Source of the DNA: Alphaproteobacteria bacterium
Lineage (GTDB): Bacteria; Pseudomonadota; Alphaproteobacteria; JAAXGF01
DNA: 64,000 nucleotides
Direction: 5' to 3'
NCBI GenBank assembly: GCA_963555825.3
Contig: CAUVXB020000002.1
Span: forward strand, 2,880,001 to 2,944,000
Part shown: positions 31,997 to 44,037 of the stretch, piece by piece
Layout: every line of letters begins with the position of its first letter
Numbering within the stretch: the stretch's first letter is position 1
Notes under the pieces: model-generated
What the model was told of the DNA's origin: nothing
The model's input: only the letters and a program-made list of their open reading frames with translations
Database searches by the model: none
Program-made: the position numbers and the translations under genes

Positions 31997-33370
31997 ATGT
32001 CGGATGCCGCCGCCGTACTGGACAGAGAGGATTCACGGGGCGCCGAGGCGCGCGCCGAACTCGCCGCCCGCACACAGCGTTCGCGCGAGGTCGCCGAGAA
32101 GTCCAGCGATCTGCTGGCGCTCGAGGTCGTGCCGACCTTCGAGATGCCGCACCCGATCTATATCGAGCGCGCCGAGGGCGCCCGGCTGACCGACGTCGAC
32201 GGCAACGACTATATCGACCTGACCATGGGCTTCGGCCCGCACGTCCTGGGCCACCGACCCAAGGCGATCGAGGACGCGATGCACGACCAGCTCGCCAAGG
32301 GCTGGCACGTCGGCCTGCACAATCCGCTTCAGGCCGAGCTCGCCGCGCTCTTGCGAGAGGCATCGAATTGCGGCGATCAGGCGATATTCTGCAATTCGGG
32401 CACCGAGGCGACGATGTACGGCATGCGCATCGCGCGCGCCTTCACCGGCAAGGACCGGGTCGCGCTGTTCGACGGCAACTACCACGGCGCGCACGACTAC
32501 GCGCTGGTCAAGGCCGACGGCGACAGCCCGCGCGCCAAGCCGGGCGCCAAGCTGCTGGGCCGCGGCGTGCCCGAGGTGATCAAGGACGACACCATGGTGA
32601 TGCTGCCGTACCACGACGCGGCGGCCTACGACATCATCCGCGCGCACGCCGACGATCTCGCGCTGGTCATGGTCCAGCCGGTGCAGAACACGGTGCCGCG
32701 CATCGACAATGCGAAATTTTTGCAGGGCCTCGCCGAGGTCTGCCGCGAGACCGGCGTGCTGCTGCTGCTTGACGAGGTGGTCACCGGCTTCCGGCTCGGC
32801 TATGGCGGCGGCCAGGCGCTCTACGGCATCACGCCGGACCTCGCGACCTACGGCAAGGCGCTCGGCGGCGGCATGCCGATCGGCGCGCTGACCGGCCGGG
32901 CCGAGATCATGGCGGCCTTCGGCAAGGGCTGGGGCGCGCCCGACGGCGTCTTCTCGGGCGGCACATTCTCGGGCAACCCGATCACCATGGCGGCGGGTAT
33001 CGCCATGCTCAGCTACCTCAAGGAACACCGGGACGAGGTCTACCCGCATCTCGATGAGCAGAGCGAGCGGCTGGCCAGCGCGGTCAACGGCTTCTGCCAG
33101 GAGCACCAGATGGGCGTCCAGCTGATGAACGCCGGCTCGATTTTCTATCTGCACTTCCAGCGCGAGCCGATCGAGACGTCACGCGACGTGACGCGCGAGA
33201 ACCCGCAAGCCGAGCGCGAGTTCTACCTGCACCTGCTGAACCACGGCGTCATCGTGCCGGGCATCCACCTGTTCTTCCTGTCGGCCGCGCACACCGCTGC
33301 CGACGTGGATGCGATCATCGAGGCCTTCATGCAGTCCTTCCTCGACGTCCGCGCCGACGGGCTGCTGTAG
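31997..33370 (+). CDS. Class III PLP aminotransferase (glutamate-1-semialdehyde aminomutase-like)
   Basis: DVDGNDYID, NSGTEA, GNYHG, LDEVVTGFR, YGKALGGG and GTFSGNP. Confidence 0.88.
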   Translation: MSDAAAVLDREDSRGAEARAELAARTQRSREVAEKSSDLLALEVVPTFEMPHPIYIERAEGARLTDVDGNDYIDLTMGFGPHVLGHRPKAIEDAMHDQLAKGWHVGLHNPLQAELAALLREASNCGDQAIFCNSGTEATMYGMRIARAFTGKDRVALFDGNYHGAHDYALVKADGDSPRAKPGAKLLGRGVPEVIKDDTMVMLPYHDAAAYDIIRAHADDLALVMVQPVQNTVPRIDNAKFLQGLAEVCRETGVLLLLDEVVTGFRLGYGGGQALYGITPDLATYGKALGGGMPIGALTGRAEIMAAFGKGWGAPDGVFSGGTFSGNPITMAAGIAMLSYLKEHRDEVYPHLDEQSERLASAVNGFCQEHQMGVQLMNAGSIFYLHFQREPIETSRDVTRENPQAEREFYLHLLNHGVIVPGIHLFFLSAAHTAADVDAIIEAFMQSFLDVRADGLL

Positions 33371-33447
33371 GCTCGTGCGCTTGACCGGCTGCGCGGCCGG
33401 TTCGTAGAGTCCATTCAAACGGCAAACCAAGGAAGGGAGGCCGCGCC

Positions 33448-35091
33448 GTGCACGGGCTGATGATGGACATGCCCCTGCTGATCCCGTCGCTGATACGGCA
33501 CGGGGCGCAGTGTCATGGCTCGGTCGAGATCGTCTCGCAGACGGTCGAGGGGCCGATCCATCGCTATACCTACGCCGACGCCTACGCGCGCATCCAGCGG
33601 CTCGCCAACGCGCTCGTGGCGCTTGGCGTCGGTCCCGGCGACCGCGTCGCGACGCTCGCCTGGAACGGCTACCGGCACTTCGAGCTCTACTACGGCATCT
33701 CAGGCATCGGCGCGGTGTGCCACACCGTCAACCCGCGCCTGTTCCAAGACCAGATCGCCTACATCATCAATCACGCGGCCGACCGCTTCATTTTCGTCGA
33801 TTTGACGTTCGTGCCGCTGCTCGAGGAACTTATCGACCAAATACCCGGTGTCGAGGGCTTCGTCGTGATGACCGACGAAGCGCATATGCCGGAAACCAGC
33901 CTGCCCAACGCGATGTGTTACGAGTCGCTGGTGAACGACCAGCCGGCCGAATACGAATGGCCGCTCTTGGACGAGCGCACCGCCTCGGCGCTGTGCTACA
34001 CCTCGGGCACCACGGGCAACCCAAAGGGCGTGCTCTACAGCCACCGCTCGACCGTGATCCACTCGCTCGGCATCCTGGTTTGCTCCATCGCCATGCGCGC
34101 GACCGACACGGTGCTGCCCGTCGTGCCAATGTTCCACGTCCAGTCGTGGGGCGTGCCGCACGCGGCGCCCGTCATCGGCGCCAAGCTGGTGTTCGCCGGG
34201 CCGCACTCCGACGGCGAGACGTTGCAGCGCCTGTTCGCCGACGAGCAGGTCACCGTCTCGCTCGGCGTGCCGACGATCTGGCTCGGCCTGCTCGACTACC
34301 TGCGTTCCTCGGGCAAGCGCATCGACAGCTTGCGCACGTTCCTGAGCGGCGGCGCCGCCCCGCCGTTCTCGATGATCGAGGCCTTCGAGAACGACTACGG
34401 GGTCGACGTCAACCACGGCTGGGGCATGACCGAGACCAGCCCGGTGGCGGCCGCCGGCATCAACCGCAAGGTGCTCGAGCCGCTCGCCCACGACGCCCGG
34501 CTCCGCGAGAAACTCAAGCAGGGTCAGGTGCTCTTCGGTGTCGAGATGAAGATCGTCGACGACGACGGCAACCGGCTGCCGCACGACGGCGCGGCGGCCG
34601 GCGAGCTGCTGGTGCGCGGGCCCTGGGTGACGAGCGGCTATTTCGACGACGACGAAGCCAACGCGGTCGCCTTCGACGCCGAGGGCTGGTTCCGAACCGG
34701 CGATGTCTGCGCGATCGATCCGACCGGCCACGTGATGATCACCGACCGCACCAAGGACCTGATCAAGTCGGGCGGCGAATGGATCTCCTCGATCGATCTC
34801 GAGGGCACGGCGATGGGCCACCCGGACGTCGCCGAGGCCGCGGCGATCGCCATGCCGCACCCGAAATGGACCGAACGCCCGATGCTCGTCGTCGTGCCCC
34901 GCGATGGCGCCGCGCTGACCCGCGACGACGTTCTGGCATACCTGGACGGCAAAATCGTCAAGTGGTGGATGCCCGACGACGTGGTATTCACCGATGAGCT
35001 GCCGCACACCGCGACCGGCAAGGTCTCCAAGGTGCGGCTGCGCGAGCGCTATGCCGATCACGTTCTGCCGACGATCAACGAAACGCAGTAG
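33448..35091 (+). CDS. Acyl-CoA synthetase (DmdB/AlkK-like)
   Basis: [43 protein letters not shown] and PHTATGK. Confidence 0.9.
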   Translation: MHGLMMDMPLLIPSLIRHGAQCHGSVEIVSQTVEGPIHRYTYADAYARIQRLANALVALGVGPGDRVATLAWNGYRHFELYYGISGIGAVCHTVNPRLFQDQIAYIINHAADRFIFVDLTFVPLLEELIDQIPGVEGFVVMTDEAHMPETSLPNAMCYESLVNDQPAEYEWPLLDERTASALCYTSGTTGNPKGVLYSHRSTVIHSLGILVCSIAMRATDTVLPVVPMFHVQSWGVPHAAPVIGAKLVFAGPHSDGETLQRLFADEQVTVSLGVPTIWLGLLDYLRSSGKRIDSLRTFLSGGAAPPFSMIEAFENDYGVDVNHGWGMTETSPVAAAGINRKVLEPLAHDARLREKLKQGQVLFGVEMKIVDDDGNRLPHDGAAAGELLVRGPWVTSGYFDDDEANAVAFDAEGWFRTGDVCAIDPTGHVMITDRTKDLIKSGGEWISSIDLEGTAMGHPDVAEAAAIAMPHPKWTERPMLVVVPRDGAALTRDDVLAYLDGKIVKWWMPDDVVFTDELPHTATGKVSKVRLRERYADHVLPTINETQ

Positions 35092-35096
35092 GGACC

Positions 35097-36311
<1,215 letters not shown>

Positions 36312-36373
36312 TCGCCGCGGGAACGCCGGATAGGCTCCGCGCGCACTAGGGAAGGACGGGGTGAACTGGCGCC

Positions 36374-38470
36374 ATGAGCGAACTCGTCGACTATGACAAG
36401 CGCGGCGCCGTCGCGGTCATCACGGTACAGAACCCGCCGGTCAACGCGCTGAGCTTCGGCGTGCCCGACGGCATCATCGACGGCCTCGCGCGCGCGGCCG
36501 CCGACGACGCGGTCGCCGCCGTTGTGCTGATCGGCGGCGGCCGCACCTTCATCGCCGGCGCCGACATCCGCCAATTCGGCAAGCCCCGGCCGCCCGGCAC
36601 CGCCTCGACGCTCGAGCTGATCGACCGCCTCGAGACCTCGCCCAAGCCGGTCGTCGCGGCGATCCACGGCACCGCGTTGGGCGGCGGCCTCGAGGTCGCG
36701 ATGGGCTGCCACTGGCGCTGCGCCGTGGCGGGCGCGCGCCTCGGCCAGCCCGAGGTCAAGCTCGGCATCCTGCCCGGCGCCGGCGGCACCCAGCGCCTGC
36801 CGCGCCTGATCGGCGTCGCCAACGCGCTCGACATGATCGTCGGCGGCGAACCGATCACCGCCGCCCAGGCGGCCCCCATGGGCCTGATCGACGAGGTCGT
36901 CGAGGGCGATCTCGCCGCCGGCGCGGTCGCCTTCGCGGCCAAGGTCGCGGCCGGTTCCGCGCCCTTGCGCAAGGCGCGCGACGGCGACGACAAACTGCAG
37001 GACGGCCGCGACGACCCCGGCCTGTTCGACGCCGCCCGCAAGAAGATCGAACGGAGGGCGCGCGGCCAGCTCGCGCCGTGGCGCTGCATCGATTGTGTCG
37101 AGAACGCCGTCAAGCTGCCGTTCGACGAGGGCATCACGCAAGAACGCCGCTTGTTCGACGAATGCCTCGCCTCGCCGCAGTCGGCGGCGCTGCGTCACGC
37201 CTTCTTCGCCGAGCGCGCCGCCAACAAGGTCGCGGGCATCACCAAGGAGACGCCGACCATGGCGGTCGCGCGCGGCGGCGTCATCGGCGCCGGCACCATG
37301 GGTGGCGGCATCGCCATGAACTTCGCCAACGCCGGCATCCCGGTACACCTCACCGACGCCTCGCAAGAATTGTTGGACGCGGGGCTGGCGCGCATCCGCT
37401 CGAACTACGAGCGCTCGGTCAGGTCGGGCCGTTTCGATATGGCCGAGGTCGAGCGGCGCATGGCGCTGATCGAGCCGACGCTCGATCTGGCCGATTTCGC
37501 CGATGTCGATTTCGTCATCGAGGCAGTGTTCGAGGAGCTTCAAATCAAGAAGGACATGTTCCGCAAGCTCGACGCAGTGTGCAAGCCCGACGCGATCATC
37601 GCGTCGAACACGTCGTATCTGAACGTCGACGTCATCGCCGCCGAGACGCGCCGCGCCGGCAAGGTGCTGGGCACCCATTTCTTCAGCCCGGCCAACGTCA
37701 TGCGTCTCTTGGAGATCGTCCGTGGCGCCGAGACCTCGGCCGAGACGCTGGCCACGACGGTCCGGCTCGCCAAGTCCATGGGCAAGGTCGGCGTCGTCGT
37801 CGGCGTATGTCCCGGCTTCGTCGGCAACCGTATGCTGTCGGGCTACTTCCGCGAGGCGAACCTGCTGATCCTCGAGGGCGCGCTGCCGCAGCAGATCGAT
37901 GCGGTGATCTATGGCTTCGGTTTCAACATGGGGCCGTTCGCGGTCGGCGACCTGGCCGGTCTCGACATCGGCTGGCGCTCGCGCAAGGACCGCGGCGTCT
38001 CGAACACCGAGCCCCAGGGGCGCATCCCGGATGCGCTCTGCGAGCTGGGCCGCTTCGGCCAGAAGACCGGCGCCGGCTGGTACCGCTACGAGGCGGGCAA
38101 CCGCGCGCCGACCCCCGACCCCGACGTCGAGGCGCTGATCGAGAAGACCTCGGCCGAGATGGGCATCACCCGCCGCGCGATCGACGACGATGAGATCCTG
38201 GCGCGCTGCCTCTACCCGCTGATCAACATCGGCGCCAACATCCTGGAAGAGGGCATGGCGGCGCGCGCGTCCGACATCGACACCATCTGGCTCAATGGCT
38301 ACGGTTTCCCGCCCTATCGCGGTGGGCCAATGTTCTATGCCGACCAAACCGGCCTGGCCGAAGTTCACGACACCATCTGCCGCTTCCACGAAACCCACGG
38401 CGCCGCCTGGGAGCCGGCCCCGCTGCTCGCCCGCCTGGCCCGCGAGGGCAGGGGCTTCGGCGACCTCTAG
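36374..38470 (+). CDS. Bifunctional enoyl-CoA hydratase / 3-hydroxyacyl-CoA dehydrogenase
   Basis: NPPVNAL, LGGGLE, PEVKLGILPGAGGTQR; GAGTMGGGIA, IEAVFE, SNTS, HFFSPAN and GFVGNR. Confidence 0.92.
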   Translation: MSELVDYDKRGAVAVITVQNPPVNALSFGVPDGIIDGLARAAADDAVAAVVLIGGGRTFIAGADIRQFGKPRPPGTASTLELIDRLETSPKPVVAAIHGTALGGGLEVAMGCHWRCAVAGARLGQPEVKLGILPGAGGTQRLPRLIGVANALDMIVGGEPITAAQAAPMGLIDEVVEGDLAAGAVAFAAKVAAGSAPLRKARDGDDKLQDGRDDPGLFDAARKKIERRARGQLAPWRCIDCVENAVKLPFDEGITQERRLFDECLASPQSAALRHAFFAERAANKVAGITKETPTMAVARGGVIGAGTMGGGIAMNFANAGIPVHLTDASQELLDAGLARIRSNYERSVRSGRFDMAEVERRMALIEPTLDLADFADVDFVIEAVFEELQIKKDMFRKLDAVCKPDAIIASNTSYLNVDVIAAETRRAGKVLGTHFFSPANVMRLLEIVRGAETSAETLATTVRLAKSMGKVGVVVGVCPGFVGNRMLSGYFREANLLILEGALPQQIDAVIYGFGFNMGPFAVGDLAGLDIGWRSRKDRGVSNTEPQGRIPDALCELGRFGQKTGAGWYRYEAGNRAPTPDPDVEALIEKTSAEMGITRRAIDDDEILARCLYPLINIGANILEEGMAARASDIDTIWLNGYGFPPYRGGPMFYADQTGLAEVHDTICRFHETHGAAWEPAPLLARLAREGRGFGDL

Positions 38471-38488
38471 GAGACCTGGGAGAACCCG

Positions 38489-39673
38489 ATGACCGACGCC
38501 GTTATCGTTTCCACCGCGCGCACGCCGATCGGCAAGGCCTATCGCGGCGCCTTCAACAACACCCACGGCGCCGTGCTCGGCGGCCACGTCATCGAGCACG
38601 CCGTCGCGCGCGCCGGGGTCGAGGCGGGCGAGGTCGAGGACGTCATCATGGGCGTCGGCCTGCCCGAGGGCGCGGCGGGCCACAACATCGCGCGGCAATG
38701 CGCGATCCGCGCCGGCCTGCCGGTCACCACCTCGGGCGTCACGGTCAACCGGTTTTGCAGTTCCGGGCTGCAGACCATCGCGATGGCCGCCCAGCGAGTC
38801 ATCGTCGACAAGGTACCGGTCATGGTCGCCGGCGGCATGGATTCGATCTCGCTGGTGCAGAACGAGCACCAGAACAATTTCCGCGCCCACGACGCCTGGA
38901 TCGATCAGCACAAGCCCGACCTCTACATGGCCATGATCGACACCGCCGAGGTCGTCGCCGAGCGCTATGGCATCTCCCGTGAGGCGCAGGACGCATACGC
39001 CGTCGAGAGCCAGGCGCGCACCGCCGCGGGGCAGGAGGCAGGCCGCTTCGACGACGAGATCGTGCCACTCGCCACGGTCAAGATCGTCACCGACAAGGCG
39101 ACCGGCGAGACCAGCGAGCAGGCCGTCACGCTGGACAAGGACGAAGGCAACCGGCCGGGGACTTCGTTGGAGGGGCTGGGCGGCCTGCCGCCGGTGCGCG
39201 GCGAGGACCACTGCATCACCGCGGGCAACGCGAGCCAGCTCTCCGACGGCGCCTCGGCTTGCGTCGTCATGGACGGCAAGCTCGCCGAGCGGCGCGGCCT
39301 CGAGCCCTTGGGCGTCTTCCGCGGCTTCACCGTGGCCGGCTGCGAGCCCGACGAGATGGGCATCGGCCCGGTCTTCGCCGTGCCGCGCCTCTTGGAGCGC
39401 AACGGGCTCGCCGTCGACGACATCGACCTCTGGGAGCTCAACGAGGCGTTCGCCGTGCAGGTGCTGTATTGCCGCGAGCGCCTCGGTATCCCGGCCGACA
39501 AGCTCAACGTCGACGGCGGCGCGATCTCGATCGGCCATCCCTACGGCATGTCGGGCGCCCGGCTCGCCGGCCACGCGCTGATCGAGGGCAAGCGGCGCGG
39601 CGCCAGATACGTCGTCACGACCATGTGCGTCGGCGGCGGCATGGGCGCGGCCGGCCTGTTCGAGATTGCCTAG
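38489..39673 (+). CDS. Acetyl-CoA C-acyltransferase (thiolase)
   Basis: NRFCSSG, NEAFA, GHPYG and CVGGG catalytic motifs. Confidence 0.93.
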   Translation: MTDAVIVSTARTPIGKAYRGAFNNTHGAVLGGHVIEHAVARAGVEAGEVEDVIMGVGLPEGAAGHNIARQCAIRAGLPVTTSGVTVNRFCSSGLQTIAMAAQRVIVDKVPVMVAGGMDSISLVQNEHQNNFRAHDAWIDQHKPDLYMAMIDTAEVVAERYGISREAQDAYAVESQARTAAGQEAGRFDDEIVPLATVKIVTDKATGETSEQAVTLDKDEGNRPGTSLEGLGGLPPVRGEDHCITAGNASQLSDGASACVVMDGKLAERRGLEPLGVFRGFTVAGCEPDEMGIGPVFAVPRLLERNGLAVDDIDLWELNEAFAVQVLYCRERLGIPADKLNVDGGAISIGHPYGMSGARLAGHALIEGKRRGARYVVTTMCVGGGMGAAGLFEIA

Positions 39674-39695
39674 ATTTGTCCGGCCACCTTCATTG

Positions 39696-39777
39696 GTGCG
39701 GTCACCTTACGGTGACCTGCGCTCAATCGCCGCGTATGCTTCCGCCGAACGGTCGGCGGCCTGCGGTCGCAGGCTGG
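39696..39777. repeat. Dispersed structured intergenic repeat, copy C (compact)
   Basis: GGTCACC-TTAC-GGTGACC-TGCGCTCAATCGCCGCG...CCGCCGAACGGTCGGCGG...GGCTGG. Confidence 0.8.
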
Positions 39778-39812
39778 TGTATTAAGGTCGGTTCGAATCG
39801 ACTAGCTGTGGA

Positions 39813-40880
39813 ATGGTAGCTCACGACCCCGAGGTCATCGAGGTCCGCGCCGACGAGTCGCTCGACCTCACGCGGCTCGAACCCTACTTGCGCGAGCACC
39901 TCGCGGGCGCCGAGGGGCCGCTCGCGGTCGAGCAGTTCGGCGGCGGCCACGCCAACCTGACCTATCTGTTCCGCTTCAGCACCCGCGAGTTCGTCGTGCG
40001 CCGGCCGCCGCTCGGCCCGGTCGCCGCCACGGCGCACGACATGTCGCGCGAGCACCGCGTGCTTTCGGTGCTGCACCGGGCCTATCCGCTGGCGCCCGAG
40101 AGCTTCCACCTGTGCCAGGACCACGACATCATCGGCGTCGATTTCCTGGTCATGGAGCGGCGCGACGGCTTCGTCATCCGCGCCGACCTGCCCGAACGGT
40201 TGCGCGGCGATGCCCGCCTGGCGCGCCGCATCGGCGAGATGGTCATCGACTGCCTGGCCGATCTGCACCGGGTCGACCCGGCCGCCGTCGGGCTCGACGA
40301 TTTCGGCCGGCCCGAGGGTTTCGCCGAGCGCCAGGTCGACGGCTGGACCAGGCGCTGGCACGCCGCCAAGGACTCGGAGATCAACCGCATGGATGCGCTG
40401 GCCGCCTGGCTCGCCGAGCGGATCCCCGAAACCGGCGCCGAGTGCCTGGTGCACAACGACTTCAAGCTCGACAATATGATGGTCGCCGACGACGATCCGG
40501 CGCGCGCCGTCGCGGTCTTCGACTGGGACATGTGCACGCGCGGCGATCCGCTGATGGACTTGGGCTATCTGCTGACCTTCTGGCCGCAAGCCGACGACCC
40601 CGAGCATTGGCGCCGGGCCTCGCCCGCGCCGATGTGGCGCGACGGCTTCCCGAGCCGCGCCGAAGTGATCGACCGCTATGCCGAGCGGACCGGTTTCGCC
40701 ATGCACGACGTCGTCTGGTACCAGGCCTGGGGCGCCTTCAAGCTCGCCGTCATCCTGCAGCAGATCTACATCCGCTGGCTGCGTGGCCAGACACAAGACC
40801 AGCGTTTCGCCCCGATGGGCGAACGCGTCGCCGCGCTGATCGAGCGGGGTTGCGTGATCGCGGGGCTTGGCGACGTGTAA
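39813..40880 (+). CDS. APH/choline-kinase-like phosphotransferase (ACAD10/11 kinase domain or LvaA-like)
   Basis: FGGGHANLTY, RRPP, AHDMSREHRVL, HNDFKLDN, FDWDMCTRGDPLMDLG. Confidence 0.88.
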   Translation: MVAHDPEVIEVRADESLDLTRLEPYLREHLAGAEGPLAVEQFGGGHANLTYLFRFSTREFVVRRPPLGPVAATAHDMSREHRVLSVLHRAYPLAPESFHLCQDHDIIGVDFLVMERRDGFVIRADLPERLRGDARLARRIGEMVIDCLADLHRVDPAAVGLDDFGRPEGFAERQVDGWTRRWHAAKDSEINRMDALAAWLAERIPETGAECLVHNDFKLDNMMVADDDPARAVAVFDWDMCTRGDPLMDLGYLLTFWPQADDPEHWRRASPAPMWRDGFPSRAEVIDRYAERTGFAMHDVVWYQAWGAFKLAVILQQIYIRWLRGQTQDQRFAPMGERVAALIERGCVIAGLGDV

Positions 40881-40958
40881 CCACGACGCGCCGGTTCCCA
40901 ATCGCGCCACGATTGCCCGCTTGCCGCGCCAAACGCGGTGTCCGGAGCGCCATCGCCG

Positions 40959-40985
40959 AATGTCGGCTTATGATGCGGCGGACAT
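40959..40985. repeat. AATGTC...GACAT imperfect palindrome abutting the FGE-domain gene stop
   Basis: AATGTCGGCTTATGATGCGGCGGACAT; first 10 nt identical to 43631-43640. Confidence 0.5.
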
Positions 40986-41779
40986 CAGAGCGATCGGGCA
41001 ACACGGAAACCGACGATGTTCATGCGGTCGACGGGTGCGGTCCCGTAGCGGTTCCCGGCGTGGAGAACCCGGGGACCGTAGCTCCAGGCACCGCTGCGAA
41101 GGACGCGGAGACAATCGGGTGTATCCGAAATCGAGCGCCCATCTGTCGGCGCGCCATCGTAGCTTTCCGCGTAACAGTCCTGCACCCATTCCAAGGCGTT
41201 GCCATGCACGTCGTAAAGGCCGAATTCGTTCGGCGCGTACTGGCCGGTTGGAACCGTCTTATTGCTGTCATTCGCCTTTGATACGTCGAATTCGTCGCCC
41301 CAATGATACTGGGTCGTCGTGCCCGCGCGCGCGGCGTATTCCCACTGGGCCTCGCTCAACAAATGGTACGGCTCATCGTGTACTTTGGAATTGAGCCAGG
41401 CGACGAAAATGTGGGTATCGTGCCACGACACCTCGATCACCGGCCGGCGGCCCTTGCCCCAACCATTGTCGCCGCCTGATTCGGTCACCGGACCATTGTC
41501 GCAAGCGGCTTCCGCCACGCAGGCCTCCCATTCGTCCCACATCACTTCGTATTTGCCGACCGCGAAGGGCTTGGCGATGGTCACCCGATGCACCGGCTTT
41601 TCATCATAGCGTCCGCTCGTCGACCCCATCATGAAATGGCCCTCGGGCACGACCACCATCTCCGGGCATGTCGGGCAGTCGCGGAATGTCGCGCCTGGTT
41701 TGAAATGCTCTTCGGCCAGCCCCTTCGAGACCGTTAGGCTCGCCGCCATCATGACCATAACGAAAAGGGACCGGAACAT
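40985..41779 (-). CDS. Secreted FGE-sulfatase (SUMF1-like) domain protein, lacking the catalytic cysteines
   Basis: Signal peptide, CPTCPEMVVVP, RPVIEVSW, LSEAQWEYAARAG, FGLYDVHGN and GFRVAR; lower GC than neighbours. Confidence 0.88.
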   Translation of the reverse strand: MFRSLFVMVMMAASLTVSKGLAEEHFKPGATFRDCPTCPEMVVVPEGHFMMGSTSGRYDEKPVHRVTIAKPFAVGKYEVMWDEWEACVAEAACDNGPVTESGGDNGWGKGRRPVIEVSWHDTHIFVAWLNSKVHDEPYHLLSEAQWEYAARAGTTTQYHWGDEFDVSKANDSNKTVPTGQYAPNEFGLYDVHGNALEWVQDCYAESYDGAPTDGRSISDTPDCLRVLRSGAWSYGPRVLHAGNRYGTAPVDRMNIVGFRVARSL

Positions 41780-41882
41780 CGCCGCCTCCGTCGTCGTTCG
41801 ATCTGCGCACGACGAGGGTAGTACCTTGCGGGCCGCTCCTCAAGGAGCACAAGCGCGAGCCGATGGAGCAAGCCGTCTGGCG

Positions 41883-41960
41883 GCGGCGGCCGCCCTCTTG
41901 TCCCGATAAGACTGGCGCGGGCTGGCATCGCCCGACCGTTTCCGATCGATCGGACAATGC
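41883..41960. repeat. Dispersed structured intergenic repeat, copy D (3' half)
   Basis: CTCTTGTCCCGATAAGACTGGCGCGGGCTGGC, matching 2942-2973, plus a similar tail hairpin. Confidence 0.75.
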
Positions 41961-41961
41961 G

Positions 41962-42423
41962 CTAGTCGGTCACGCCCGCCAGGTCGACCGGGTCGGCGAT
42001 GGCGCCGATCTCGGCCATCATCCGCTTCGACGCGCCGTCGTTCGGAACGCGCTGGTGGAAGACCTCGAGCCGGTGGCCGTCGGGGTCGCGGAAATAGACG
42101 CCGTAGGAGACGCCGTGATCGACGACCGCCTCGATCGTCACGGCCCGCTCGACGAGCCGCGCGTGGAACCGCTTGAGATCGTCGAGGCCGCCGTCGAGCT
42201 CGAAGGCGACGTGCTGCAGCTCGGCGTGGCTCATCTCGCCGTCGCCCGCCGCCTTGAACAGCGCGATGTCGTGATCGCGCGTGCCGAACGACAGGAAGAC
42301 GCCGGGCACTCCCTCGAAGCGCGTCACGATCTCCATGCCGAGCAGATCGCAATACCACGCGGCCGAGGCATCGGGATCGCTGGCGTAGAGGACGACGTGG
42401 CCGACATGTCTGATGCGTGTCAT
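41962..42423 (-). CDS. VOC (glyoxalase/extradiol dioxygenase-like) family protein
   Basis: HVGHVVL, HDIAL, HVAFE and VYFRDPDGHRLE. Confidence 0.88.
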   Translation of the reverse strand: MTRIRHVGHVVLYASDPDASAAWYCDLLGMEIVTRFEGVPGVFLSFGTRDHDIALFKAAGDGEMSHAELQHVAFELDGGLDDLKRFHARLVERAVTIEAVVDHGVSYGVYFRDPDGHRLEVFHQRVPNDGASKRMMAEIGAIADPVDLAGVTD

Positions 42424-42510
42424 GGTCACCTCCCGTCGATGAACGCGGCGCCGACGAGCATAGCACGGCCGCGCGACGTTGCTGTAAGCTGGGATCAAGG
42501 AGGACAGCCG

Positions 42511-43545
42511 ATGCCCGACGACGTCAACCGCCAGATCCTGCTCGCCTCGCGCCCCGATGGCGCACCGACGCCCGACAACTTCAGCCTCGTCGAAAGCGCC
42601 ATTCCGGTGCCCGGCGACGGCGAGTTTCTGTGCCGCATCGTCTATACCTCGATCGACCCCTATATGCGCGGGCGCATGAGCGACGCCAAGTCGTACACCG
42701 CGCCGACCGGCATCGGCGACGTGATGGGCGGCGGCTCGGTCGGTCAGGTCGTCGCCTCGCGGGTCGACGGCTTCGCGGCGGGCGATTTCGTGCTGACCTA
42801 CAACGGCTGGCAGGAATACGCGGTCAACGGGCCGAAGGGCGTGCGCAAGCTCGATCCGGCCGCCGCGCCGATCTCGACCGCGCTCGGCGTGCTCGGCATG
42901 CCGGGCATGACCGCCTATAGCGGGCTGCTCGAGATCGGCAAGCCTGCGGACGGCGAGACCCTGGTCGTCGCCGCCGCCTCGGGCCCGGTCGGCGGCACCG
43001 TCGGCCAGATCGCCAAGATCAAGGGCTGCCGCGCCGTCGGCGTCGCCGGCGGGGCCGAGAAATGCGCCTTCGTTACCGACGAACTGGGCTTCGACGCCTG
43101 CATCGATCACCGGGCTGCGGACTTTCCGGAGCGGCTCGCCGCCGCCTGTCCCGACGGCATCGACGTCTATTTCGAGAACGTTTCCGGCCACGTCTTCGAC
43201 GCCGTCTTTCCGCTCTTGAACCCATTCGCGCGGATCCCCGTGTGCGGCCTGATCGCGCGCTACAACGCGACCGAGCTGCCGCCCGGCCCCGACCGCCTGC
43301 CGATGCTGTTCCGCGACGTTCTGACCAAGAAGCTGACCATCCGCGGCTTCATCGTCACCGACTTCCACGCCCGCCAAGCCGACTTCCTCAGCGACGTCGG
43401 CCAGTGGATCGGCGAGGGCCGCATCCGCTACCGCGAGGACATCGTCGAGGGGCTCGAGAACACACCCGATGCCTTCATCGGCCTGCTCGGCGGCGGCAAC
43501 TTCGGCAAACTTCTGGTCCGCCTGGCGCCCGACCCGACACGCTGA
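42511..43545 (+). CDS. NADP-dependent oxidoreductase (CurA/prostaglandin-reductase-like MDR)
   Basis: SIDPYMRGRM, LGMPGMTAY, AASGPVG, DVYFENV and GNFGKL; AGGAGG RBS. Confidence 0.92.
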   Translation: MPDDVNRQILLASRPDGAPTPDNFSLVESAIPVPGDGEFLCRIVYTSIDPYMRGRMSDAKSYTAPTGIGDVMGGGSVGQVVASRVDGFAAGDFVLTYNGWQEYAVNGPKGVRKLDPAAAPISTALGVLGMPGMTAYSGLLEIGKPADGETLVVAAASGPVGGTVGQIAKIKGCRAVGVAGGAEKCAFVTDELGFDACIDHRAADFPERLAAACPDGIDVYFENVSGHVFDAVFPLLNPFARIPVCGLIARYNATELPPGPDRLPMLFRDVLTKKLTIRGFIVTDFHARQADFLSDVGQWIGEGRIRYREDIVEGLENTPDAFIGLLGGGNFGKLLVRLAPDPTR

Positions 43546-43630
43546 CTCGGCTGCGCCGATTGGAACGTGTGCCCGCGCCAGCGACAGACCGCTATCGGGC
43601 GGCAAGCAGACGCCGCGGCGTGGCACGCCT

Positions 43631-43669
43631 AATGTCGGCTCCTGGCTGAGGGTGCCAGGAGGAGACATT
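43631..43669. repeat. AATGTC...GACATT hairpin upstream of the cyclase gene
   Basis: AATGTC-GG-CTCCTGGC-N7-GCCAGGAG-GA-GACATT. Confidence 0.55.
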
Positions 43670-44037
43670 GAGGTCTCGTCGTTAGACTCCACCCACCGCC
43701 TTCCCTAAACTACCACCCATAACAAAATTGAAACGGGGGTTACGCCCGTGGCCCGGGAGGGTATCGAACGCAGGCTTGCCGCGATCCTGAGCGCCAATGT
43801 GGTCGGCTACAGCCGCCTAATGGGCAAGGACGACGCCGGCACGCTCGCCGCGCTCAAGGCGCTGCGTAAGGAGTTGTTCGCCCCCACGGTTGCTGAGCAT
43901 CACGGCCGCATCGTGAAGCTGATGGGGGATGGGGCTCTGGTCGAGTTTCCGAGCGTCGTTGACGCGGTGGAATGCGCCGTCGCAGTGCAATGCGGCATGG
44001 CCGAGCGAGCTATTGTCAAAAGTTGTGTATGGGCTGA

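Noticed and set aside
31997-33370. Assigning the symbol hemL
   Set aside because: The fold matches, but the catabolic context and divergent motifs suggest a paralogue, so no symbol is given.
40985-41779. Diversity-generating retroelement target or true formylglycine-generating enzyme
   Set aside because: No template repeat or reverse transcriptase is in the window, and the catalytic cysteine pair of FGE is absent.
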